Shown here: positions 10,627 to 20,000 of the stretch, piece after piece
How positions within the stretch are numbered: position 1 is the stretch's first letter
How the letters are laid out: every line of letters starts with the position of its first letter
Assembly: GCA_010015585.1 (NCBI GenBank)
Contig: ML975157.1
From: Eremomyces bilateralis CBS 781.70
Lineage: Eukaryota
Direction: 5' to 3' (one strand)
DNA: 20,000 nt
Notes under the pieces: generated by a model
Databases searched by the model: none
What the model saw: the letters and a program-made list of their open reading frames with translations, nothing else
Told to the model about the DNA's origin: nothing
Position numbers and translations under genes: made by a program

Positions 10627-13398
10627 CCTGCTAACATGGCCATGATTACGAGACATGGGAGAACGGGTTATGAATATACACGTATCGAGTACTGCATCAT
10701 TCCGGTCAGATGTCTTTCACTGAGCTCGGTTATTGGCCGCTATTGAGAGTCAATCCATGAATGGTGTAACATGAAGGTAGTGAATCTCATGGAATAGGAT
10801 TGTCAAGTATGTTGGCTCCGAATAATTTCTGGTGCAGACCTTTAACGGCCAACAGTGCACGAAAGAGCCAAGCCGCGACATATCTCATAGAAATGAAGAC
10901 ATGCTCGAAGCTGACCCGGGTTCAACCATTTGCATCGAGTCTTGATATGCCGAGTCTTGGCCTATTGCAAAGCATGAGGGTGCACGCGGATATTGACTTA
11001 GCGCCAATTCAAATTACAAATCGGTATGAATACATCTTTACATCATCGATCACCATCAAGGTATCTTAAGCTTTCAGCCCCCATGCATTGGCCGGCTGTG
11101 CTAAAATCCCCTGAGATTCGACGTCTCGCGGACATGGGCAGTTGGGCAGTCTGTTCCTCTGCCAAGTCCAGTTCGTCCCTCTTACCGTAGTACACAGCCC
11201 ACAGGACCCTAATGCAGTTTAGGAAGATCGACTGCAAGTAACTAGTACTTTGGTCTGACTAGTTAGATAGCTGTAGCCTGTTGTGGGTGTCGTCAGTCCT
11301 TCCCACGTCGGTCACTAAACCAGTGAACCTCGAGGGAGGAACACAGTCAAGGGATGGCATAACAAGACTCCGTATGACATGTACATGTACGTACGTACCT
11401 TCTTGGCGAAACCAACGGGTGACTTTCAGGGGCGTTATCTCAGTCCTCGGTCATGAGCCATTGACGTATTACTCGTGTGGCCTCAAATCCAGGCTCTGGC
11501 AGTCTTCGAGGGCGACATAAATACGTTATCAGTACTCAAAGACGCGACAAGTCAGAAGGGGCTTACTGAATTCTTACCTTCTGTCTCTTAATGGTACCTG
11601 TACTCTCTAATCACACTTCTACGCGGTCGAAAGCCTGCGATTTCTGTCACTAACACGGCATTCTGACGGCTGACAATATTAATGTGACATTTACAGTGAC
11701 TGGCATTCGAAAACGACTGATTCGCGAACAGTACCTATTTGAGTGCTTTATTATCGTTGGTGAGCTAACTTAGGAGCTTGTTAGCGTGTCCCAAGGCGTA
11801 CTTCCCTTGACCCATGTCCACATCTCCAGAAAGGGGACACCTCAAATAGCCAAATCATCAAAATCAAGTCCCATTCCTCAACGAATAATGATTGACATTG
11901 GGTCATTAGCATTTCGTGGGATCTGCATTTTGCAACCAAAAGATCTAGAGGCGTTTCTGTTCCACCAAGCATTGGCTAGCAGCACTGATTCTCTCGTGTC
12001 CACAATCCGCTCGTCTGCCAGCGCCCAGCCACCTCCAGCTTCCCATCCCCCGCTTTCTTTCTCCGTACACCAGTATCGTCATCACCTAGCATTCTCGCAA
12101 TGTGTTTGCAGATGCAGTGAGGGCGTGAGGCGGTCGGTTCGAAGTTCCAGCAATCGTTAACGTCGGTTATCTATAGATACTAACCACTACCCTTGACCTA
12201 GATGCCGATCTTTGAGATCTGCGTTAGCCAACCCAGTGCGGCAGTGCCCAGTTCTGCTGTCCCCACGGACCACAGTAATGGGTATGTCTTATTGTTTATT
12301 GAAAATCAACATTAGTATTTAGCATATCTTTGGCTCTACCCGCGTCCTCCCCTCCTGCTGCGCCCCATTAGTCCTCAACTTTACTTTTGTTGGAGAGCTC
12401 AGAGGTTGCGACCTGGGAGGGTCCCTTGGATATTGAAGAACAACAACAGTTCAGCAGCGAAAGGTTCAAAGCATCAGAATTCAAGAGATTGGCCATTCAA
12501 CGGGCATTCTGTATGGGCTGCGCCATGTGGAGCTTGAAGTCTACTACCGTAAGTCCACAATCCACACAGGCATCAGGCAAGAGTTCTGAGCTTCGGCCTC
12601 ATCGCGGCTCCATCATCAGAATTTCAACGGTTCAACCTTTTCCCTCCGACTATGAGTCGTGTGCCATCGATCTATCTTGATTCAGGGGCTTGGCTAGATG
12701 CCCGAAACAGGAGTCTCAAAGTTGCTGCGTCAACAATGGCTCCTTAGTCCTTGGTTATTTGCATGCCGGCCGTCAGACTTCTAGTATCGTGGGGAGATCC
12801 CATTGATGATTCAGATGTCCAATGCCGCTATTGGCCTTACCGGTCCCTTAGTTTCATGTCGATCATCGGTCTTGTACCTGGCTCCTATGTGATATGTCCT
12901 TATGTTTGGCTGAGGCCGAGGATCCCTTGGCTTTGGGTATGGGCCCCAACGTCGTGTCATTGTGACAGTGCTCCAGAACACCAAGACAGCGCATCACAGC
13001 CTCGACCCTTTATCTCTTGGTATATATTCTCCATTAAACTCTTTACTCATGTCTTTTTCGTTGCCGATGCGTAGATGGTGGGCACTTTGCGATGGTCATT
13101 TTTACCCCCACACTCTTCGTAGGCGATATAGTATGTATGAATACTTGAACTCTCGCACTTCTCCGAGGGCCCTGATCTAGATGTGAGAGGGACGCGAGCT
13201 TTATGGGCATAAAAAAGTCTGTTAGCAGTATACTAGCCGGATACCAGTGATATGAAGAGCAACTTCGCTTGAACTCAGCAATTGAGCCATTCTTTCAGTT
13301 CGCAAGCATATTCCGTTCAGCTGTGCCACTGTGCATATACATATTTTTTCTTTCTCCTCGGCCCTATTCTCTCCTTTCCCTCACTGGGTCTTATCATC

Positions 13399-15275
13399 AT
13401 GGGCAGCGCCGATGGGGTGTGCAAATCCACTGCTAATGCAGGAAGTCCTAAAGGAGCAGCTCAAGGTTTGTCCCAACGAGACATTCAATCTTGTTCTATT
13501 TTTACTGACCCATTTCCTAGTCTCTTTCAATGCCAACTGTCCAGAGGACGAACTATTTGATCTGGAGCGCAATGTAGAAGTTGCGCGGCACGAAGAGGAG
13601 CTTCAGAAGTTCCTCTCATCCACGGAATGGCCGAAACAATGGAAAGCCTGGGGTTCCTTGTTTGGCTGCTTCTTCCTCATGTTCAACTCTTGGGGCCTTG
13701 TGAATGCCTACGGCACATTTTCATCTCATTATATGCAACACCTAATGCCAAATCGGAACTTACTCCAGCTAAGCACGATTGGAAGTACCGAGAGCTTCTT
13801 GATTTTGATCTTCTCCGGCATCGTTGGTCGCGTGGTCGACGCTGGGATGGCAAGACAGCTGACTATCATTGGAAGCATATTTGTCACTATGGGTATGCTG
13901 TCACTGGCCTTCTGCGCTGGTGACGGCAAATTCGGACAAGGGAACTTCACCTCGATTTGGGTTTGCCAGGGTTTGCTTCAAGGGTTAGGAATGTCTTGCT
14001 TCTTTGTGAGCAGCTCGCAAAGTATGTTCCGAAGCATCATAATTTATCGTCTCGTTGTCTTGTTGCCTCCCGTCCACACGCTTACGGTATCTTTGGAATA
14101 GTCGGATCCTCTTGGTTCCCTTCCGTACGGAAGTCTTTCGTGGTTGGAGTAGTCGCTTCAGGGGCCTCCATTGCTGGGTTCGTGTATCCGATTCTTACCA
14201 AGTTTCTTCTCGGTCCCCTTGGTTGGCGAAACACTATCCTGTGTGTTTGGGCTGTCGTCTTGGTTACTTGTATCGTATCATGCATCTTCTGTGTCCCTAA
14301 CCCACTTCACATGAAGCGTCGGCCGGAGAAATGGCAGACATGGCGTGCGTTCGTTGATTTGGACGCTTTCCATCATCGAGGATTCAACTGTCTTACAGCT
14401 GCGACTTGCTTCATGTTCTTCGGATTCTATGTTGTGTTCTTCAATCTTGAGGAGGTATGCCATTCGCCTTCTTCTCTGCGGGGGTTTTGAACTAACTCTC
14501 CGCAGTGGGCCGCACTCCACGGTTTCGGCTACAAAGACCATGTCATTGGTCTTGACGGCCAGGATGAGCCCGTTCGACACCCAAAGGCTCTCCGCACTTT
14601 CTACCTTCTAAGCATTATGAACGGTAGCAGTGCCGTTGGTCGTATTGGTTCTGCTTACCTTGGCGACAAGTCTGTCTTTCTATTGGTAGTAATAGCGGAT
14701 CTGAGCTGACACCTGACAGGATTCCCACTCCACTTATTCATATGACAGCCACCGGTATCTGCTCTCTCCTGTGTCTCGTCGGCTGGATCCAGGTCGACAG
14801 CGTAGAAAGCACGATTGCCTTTGTCGTGTTATTTGGTGTATTCTCCGGTTCCGTCATTGGCCTCCCTCCAGCCAGTATGGGTTGGATCCTCGGAAAGCAC
14901 GCCGAGGGCCAGCGTCGACTAGGACATTGGGTTGGTTTGATGTACACGTGCTCCGCAATCCCCGCATTTGTTGGACCGATGATTGCTGGTGTCCTTGTGT
15001 CCTACTTGAGAATCTTTCTGCCTATACAGCTATGGGCCGGCATTTGTCTTGGAGTGAGCACAGTGTTCATGTTAGCGGCATGGCATTACGGGAGGCAGCA
15101 TCATGAAACGTATCCCGATACTCCAGTTGTACCAAAGGGCACGACATCCACATCCACTTCTGCTACTGCTTCATGCGCTCCAAGCGTGTGGGCCGACGAT
15201 GAGGAGAAAGAGCAGAAGCCGAGTGATGGAACTGGTGCATCCCAGGTGAGAACCAACACAGGGAGGCTCCGATGA
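13399..15275 (+). CDS. MFS transporter, monocarboxylate porter (Mch5-like) family
   Basis: Exons 13399-13465, 13545-14021, 14102-14454, 14506-14669, 14720-15275, with frame kept across four GT-AG introns. Motifs AWGSLFGCFFLMFNSWGLVNAYGTF, GRVVDAG, QGLLQGLG, GVVASGASIAG, IMNGSSAVGRI, FGVFSG and many hydrophobic segments. Substrate unknown. Confidence 0.88.
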
Positions 15276-15370
15276 TCCGCCTAATGGGTAATCTGATTCC
15301 TATTCAACGCAACAAGGAAAAATAGTAACTAATAAAATAGTAACTAATAAAATCAGACAAAAACAAAAAA

Positions 15371-15489
15371 ACATACAGCAATGGGAGTTCCCACGTGGTC
15401 ACCCACCGTAGTACTATTCCATCTCTAACCTGCTTGAGTACGGCAGAGCGGACGGGATGCCCTATATTCAGGTTGATATGGCCGTATGT
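15371..15489 (-). rRNA. 5S rRNA gene, complete (119 nt)
   Basis: Minus strand ACATACGGCCATATCAACCTGAATATAGGGCATCCCGTCCGCTCTGCC...AGTACTACGGTGGGTGACCACGTGGGAACTCCCATTGCTGTATGT. 5' ACATACGGC pairs with 3' GCTGTATGT, followed by a T-run Pol III terminator. Confidence 0.96.
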
Positions 15490-15557
15490 AGCAGTAAGTG
15501 AAACTTTTCACAATATCAACCTAGCAATCTGCAAAATTCAACAAAACAAAAACAAAA

Positions 15558-15592
15558 ACATACAGCAATGGGAGTTCCCCTATGGTCTCCCA
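15558..15592 (-). pseudogene. 5S rRNA fragment (3' 35 nt plus terminator), truncated at putative Starship insertion site
   Basis: Plus strand ACATACAGCAATGGGAGTTCCC is identical to 15371-15392, then CTATGGTCTCCCA versus ACGTGGTCACCCA in the full copy. Similarity stops abruptly after 15592. Preceded by a similar CAAAA-rich terminator. Confidence 0.88.
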
Positions 15593-15705
15593 GCGGTATA
15601 AACGAGGTCGAAAACAGAGGGCCAATACCGCCGAAAGACGAGGGCCCGTCGAAAATACATTCTGGTAAGGATCGTAAAGATGCCCATTCTCCCTAGTTTT
15701 CCAAT

Positions 15706-15784
15706 CTCGCTCTCAGTCAGGAGTCCTGTTCGCAGTTTCTACAGTCTCGCCCTCAGTCCGGAGCTCCGTTCGCAGTTCTACAGT
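15706..15784 (+). repeat. Imperfect tandem duplication (40 + 39 bp) upstream of the recombinase
   Basis: CTCGCTCTCAGTCAGGAGTCCTGTTCGCAGTTTCTACAGT followed by CTCGCCCTCAGTCCGGAGCTCCGTTCGCAGTTCTACAGT. Confidence 0.85.
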
Positions 15785-15888
15785 ACCCTTCTTCAGTTCC
15801 AGTTCCATCAGGTTCGGAGGTAGTCGACGCTATCAACGCTCCACGCAGCCAAAATCCTCGACGCCTATTCCAAGATACGTCTTTGACT

Positions 15889-18372
15889 ATGGCGCCACGA
15901 CGCACTATTAAAAAGGGCGAAGCCGGAGAACAAGAGGCAAAGGAGCGTCTAGCTGGCTTCCAGAGCAAGCCCCTCGACGATACGGTCCCAGTGTCGGACA
16001 GAACTACCTACAAGCGCGGCTACGCCATGTGGCTCTTCAAGGAGTACGAAACACCTGGACTTATCATGCCTATGACCTACACTCACATCCTCTAGATACG
16101 TTCGCGACGTCCTACACCGCGAGCCGGACGATACCTGGTTATCCCTTTGCAGCTCTTCACCAGTGGAGGTAGCCTTGGCTCAGGATACATGTCGTGCCTT
16201 TCTCCAGACCTATGTCTCCGACTCTTCGGTCTCCCGGGTTGCGTTGGGAGACCAAGAATCCGAGGAGGTCCGACAGGTTAATCGAGTATCAAGCGTCCTG
16301 ACAGTCTGGAGAGCTCTTGTGCAGGAAGGAGACGAAGCAGTCCTTGCCCCCAAAAGAAGAGAGAACAGGCACGCCGCGAGGCAATGGAGGCTCGTCAATC
16401 CAAGTGGAAAACTGATTTCAGGCCCCGTATGGGAGGTTTCCAATGTGAGGTCTGCCCTCTATTTGTGCGGGGAAGGATACTAACGTCCCCGTAGTGGATT
16501 GTCCACGACCTTCCTTTGCTTACCGGTATCTCTAACGAACTCAAGCGCCAAAAGCGGGCTGCGACTGCTCAGGATATAGTAGTCATTATGCAGGCTCTCC
16601 TAAATCGACATCGCGATATCCTCCACTCTACGGCACAACTTAGCGACTTCGCTATGATCGTGCTCTGTATGGCTATTGGCGGATTCCGGACTAACTGTCC
16701 TAGAAACCTGAAGTATGCAGACGTCAGGATAGGACTCGCCAACGTTGGCGGGAAAACGAACGCGTTCGTACGAATCCGAATGCCAGAAAACAAACTGCGA
16801 GTGGCTTCCCTAAAGCCTGCGAGCCCGGGGCGCGAGTTTGCCGTGGCCATTTTACCATGCCGACTGGTATGCCTTGCGAGTCACGTCATTGGCCGCGCTC
16901 TAGCACGGCGTGCTTTCAGGGCCGGATATACGTCCTTTGATCAAGTTTTGACCTGGCCCAACCTTCGAGGTTGCAAAGTCCTTTTCCTTCCTTGGGCACA
17001 AGGCCTGGGCGATCTCCCATTCGTCGATATCAGCGGGTCGCAGTTCTACAGGATATGGTATCGCTGCTGCGAAGTCGCCGGCATGGAGGATCCTCCGATC
17101 CCCTACTCTATGCGTGTCGGTTCCGGGGGCAAAATTATTGGAATTCTCGGCGAGTTGCTTGGGAATTGGATGCTTATGCACAAATCGAATACTCACCAGG
17201 AGTATTATTTCCCGGATTACGTGTCTCAGAATCTAGCGCGTGTCACGCTGGGCGTGCTCGCGCCTCCTGAAGATGCCCTTTTCTCCCTTCTGTCGGACTT
17301 ATCATCCACGGCGGATCCCTTTGCCCCATGCCACCTGAGTGAAGAAGAGTTTAAAAAGCTTCTTGAGAGACGAGATGTCCAAGCTCTTCAGGACCATAAG
17401 ACAGGACAGCGCAACCTATTGGACCAGTTATCCTACTTAGCTATTCGAGAGAAGCGGGAGAAATACTTTCGCAATATGGAAGATGCACGGGCGCTGGGTG
17501 GCAATATCACCATTACCGAGTCGCAGATTTCGAACAGCGACGTCATCGTTGATGCAACCCCCGTTGATGAAGAAGGCCGGGCTTCATTTATTGAGTTACT
17601 GGCTAGCTACTCCCGCCTTTTGAAGAGAAGCAAGAAGAATGACCCTAACCGAAACGTTCCAGATCTATGTCCTCGGTCTATCTGCGTTCTTTGCGATCCG
17701 ACTGGGAAGGCTTTATCTTTCTCACAACATTCGTCTCTCACCAGGCACTATCGGATCATACATTTACGGCATGGTCACCTAGACGAAATGCGCGAATGCC
17801 CAGTTCCTGGCTGCGGCTTGGCTATTGACGCGGGCGTATCTCCGTTTTACTGTCACTTAGAACGCCAGCACGGCAAATACTATACGCCCGCTGCTCATCG
17901 ACACATCGAACGTTCAATCTGCGTCCTTTGCGATCCGACTGGGCGTCGGTTGTCCTTTTCCCAGCGCCAGAATTTGACAGCACACTTTAAGGCTGATCAT
18001 CTACCCTTGGGACATCTCGATCAAGCTCGTCAATGCCCAGTTCCTGCCTGCGGGTCAAAGATTCAAGCTGGAATACAACCATTTTGCGATCACTTGCAGC
18101 GCACGCATGGGAAGCATTACACGCCTCATCTATGCAACAATGGGTTAAAGCAGCGTGAACATCATCGATCGTATAGGCGAGTTCAACCAACATCCGAATT
18201 TCAGAAAAAGAGCGCAGTTGCAATTAGAGCAAAACGGAAAGCAGTTGATGATATTGGGAGGCCCGACTTTGATCTGCTCGAGCAAACGCTCCAGGACGAA
18301 ATCTTTGCTGTAGATTCGGATGAAGACCCGGTTGCGAAGAAACGAAAGCAAAACGTAGTTGCAGATTATTAA
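15889..18372 (+). CDS. Tyrosine recombinase, DUF3435 Starship captain-like, with duplicated C-terminal C2H2-type zinc-finger module, about 793 aa
   Basis: Exons 15889-16043, 16096-16444, 16495-18372 (introns 52 and 50 nt, CTCAC/CTAAC branch sites, frame kept). Recombinase motifs in order: GGFR (R), ENK (K), PYSMRVG (YxxR), LMH (H), EYY (Y), plus LVCLASHVIGRALARRAF and DPFAPCHLS, which resemble DUF3435 proteins. Confidence 0.82.
17674..18126 (+). repeat. Intragenic tandem duplication (237 nt / 79 aa period) of a double zinc-finger module
   Basis: RSICVLCDPTG...LTRHYRIIHL...CPVPGC...HLERQHGKYYTP from 17674 and RSICVLCDPTG...LTAHFKADHL...CPVPAC...HLQRTHGKHYTP from 17911. Confidence 0.92.
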
Positions 18373-18779
18373 AGAGTTCTAAGTTGGGCAACAGTTGATA
18401 TGTTTGACAGCATCAGAATCATTCGGCTCGTTAATGAATTTGGATATAACCTAGGAGGAAATTGCAGCGTAACTCATTCCCTTCCGACCTTCGATGCTAT
18501 GATATTTATAAATCATCATCGGAGAGTCGCTGAAACGCCTTCATCTGCAAATACATGGCGTCACGATATTGTTCATGAGAAGAACCCGTCTCCCGCGACG
18601 AGATCGATGATGTACAAGCTGACTTAGCCTCCCCTCCATTTAACGGGAGGACACTCGGTTCTATTGGGGAACTTGCCAAAAATCCAATGCCATGGCTTGC
18701 CTTCTCTTTCTTCAAGCGCTATTCATACACCGGCTCTCACCGCAAATATCTCCGAGTATCGATACCTCATGATAGTCAT

Positions 18780-19351
18780 CTACATTAATAGTCGCATAGC
18801 CCAGGTCACAGTGTTCGCCTCACACTTCGTACCATCCGCCATCGTCATCGGCGTCGCGCATCCCCAGACGCATTGCCCAAACGTCGTCCCATCGATGCAG
18901 TAAAATCCGGTCTCCGAGCATGGGACCTGGCCGGCTGCGCATGAACCTTGCGGATTAGCGACAGGGGCGGCAGGAACAGGCTTGGCCGGAGCAAGTGGCG
19001 GTTGGGCTGCCGCGAGCGAAGGTTTTGAAGAGACCGGCGCAGTAGTGGGGACTGCGAGTTGCTGCTCAGGAGCAGCGTTAGAGGGAGAGGCCGAGGGTGC
19101 GGCGGAAGAGGCACCGGGAGCGAAGACTCCACCGGGGGGATTGTTGCCAGCGGGAGCCTTAGCAGCGCCGCAGTTCGATGGGACCGCGATTGGGAACTGA
19201 GATTGAGCGGGACCAGCTGGCTTCTTTGTAGTGACGTACTTCCCTGGGTTGGGGAAGTCGACGTTCACGGATTGAGTGGTCCCGCAAGATCCGGAAATCT
19301 CGCCGATGTTCGCGACGAACAGAGGCGGAAGCTCATTGAGCTTGTCTTGAC
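18780..19351 (-). pseudogene. 3' part of an AA11-like lytic polysaccharide monooxygenase (end of catalytic domain, P/A/S-rich linker, Cys-rich X278-like module), interrupted by a hAT insertion
   Basis: Frame extends upstream of ORF 19268: QDKLNELPPLFVANIGEISGSCGTTQSVNVDFPNPGKYV, matching the AA11 LPxxFVANI...C.T....FPNPG pattern. Ends with CSETGFYCIDGTTFGQCVWG...MADGTKC. The frame is cut at the hAT terminus at 19352. Confidence 0.75.
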
Positions 19352-19365
19352 TAGAGGTCCGAAAC

Positions 19366-19497
19366 GAATATGAATAATATGAATAATATGAATAATTTGC
19401 GAATATGAATAAAGTCTTGGCGAATAATGTGAATATGAATACGCCTTATATTCATATTCGCGATATTCATGAATATTCATATTATTCATGAATATTT
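19366..19497. repeat. Subterminal direct and inverted GAATA(T) repeat array of the hAT element
   Basis: Multiple GAATATGAATA/ATGAATAAT units, then inverted ATTCATATTC units and palindromic ATTCATGAAT. Confidence 0.85.
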
Positions 19498-19770
19498 CAC
19501 ATAGATCTAGGCAAATAAAATTATAACATCTAAAGCCTCATTACTATAACATGTCAAGGAGTGCTTGGGACTGTTAATATAATAATCAAGGCGTAGATAT
19601 ACTGTCGATGTTCATTTGGTCAAAAACTAATAGTCTGAATACATTAGATATATGACAAGTCGCCAAAGAAAGAAAGGAAAAATAAAAGAAAAGTAGATAT
19701 CGTAGTATATCACTATCCCCGTAGTTCTCTATGCATTCCTAACGGCCATGAAGAGTCCTAAAATAGACTA

Positions 19771-20000
19771 TCAATTAGGAAAGGATTCGTTATCATAGTG
19801 TCCCTTCAGGAGTACAAGCCATCTCATCGTCTCTGCATTCAGAGAGTGTCTCCTAAGACCTAGCACGTCTCGCGCACCACTAAAAAGACGTTCTACGCCT
19901 ACTTCAGCAGAGGGAACCGGGAGATAGTCGCGTGCCGCTTGAGCCATGCAAGGAAAGTCAGGTGCATTTGCTTTCCACCATTTCAATACCCAGTCAGGGT
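19771..20000 (-). CDS. hAT transposase C-terminal dimerisation domain (partial)
   Basis: WVLKWWKANAPDFPCMAQAARDYLPVPSAEVGVERLFSGARDVLGLRRHSLNAETMR matches the hATC consensus (WW...FP.....A..YL..P......ER.FS......R..L). Confidence 0.93.
   Translation of the reverse strand, partial: PDWVLKWWKANAPDFPCMAQAARDYLPVPSAEVGVERLFSGARDVLGLRRHSLNAETMRWLVLLKGHYDNESFPN

Larger units (their letters stand above)
15593..20000 (+). mobile_element. Left part of a putative Starship giant transposon inserted in 5S rDNA (right end outside window)
   Basis: Broken 5S gene at the boundary, captain-like tyrosine recombinase as first gene about 300 bp inside and pointing inward, then an accessory-type gene and a nested transposon. 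The missing 5' part of the 5S gene was not seen in the window. Confidence 0.78.
19352..20000 (-). mobile_element. hAT-superfamily DNA transposon, 3' end
   Basis: Terminus TAGAGGTCCGAAACG (hAT-like TAGAG start), subterminal GAATATGAATA repeats in both orientations, AT-rich region, and a hAT dimerisation-domain ORF. Confidence 0.85.

Noticed and set aside
10910..10930. GACCCGGGTTCAACC resembling a tRNA T-arm / B-box
   Set aside because: The T-stem does not close and no cloverleaf can be built around it.
11786..13180. ORFs of 72-124 aa in the APC2-MFS interval
   Set aside because: Non-ATG starts, no recognisable motifs and no coherent splice pattern.
18373..18779. Possible right end of the recombinase element directly after the captain
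   Set aside because: Neither the missing 5' part of the 5S gene nor a clear inverted copy of the left-end motifs was seen here.
19366..19497. GAATAT repeat array as a CRISPR-like array, and the overlapping 74-aa ORF 19265-19489
   Set aside because: Eukaryotic context and no repeat-spacer periodicity. Better explained as hAT subterminal repeats, and the ORF is a low-complexity by-product.

Overview
Eukaryotic, intron-containing DNA from a filamentous ascomycete (short 45-80 nt GT-AG introns, dispersed-type 5S rRNA gene, RIP-like mutations). The left three quarters is core genome: an F-box protein gene (minus, runs off the window), the CBS-domain gene SDS23 (minus) and APC2 (plus) head-to-head, with a RIP-damaged, internally deleted pogo/Fot1-type transposon in their shared promoter, then an MFS monocarboxylate-type transporter. 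At about 15.37-15.59 kb an intact 5S rRNA gene is followed by a second 5S copy of which only the 3' 35 nt remain. Directly beyond that break lies a repeat-rich stretch and an intact three-exon tyrosine recombinase (DUF3435 'captain'-like, about 793 aa) with a duplicated C-terminal zinc-finger module. This is the architecture of the left end of a Starship giant transposon inserted into 5S rDNA. The first putative cargo gene, an AA11-like lytic polysaccharide monooxygenase, is interrupted by a hAT transposon that continues past the window. All family assignments come from motif recognition by eye, not database searches.
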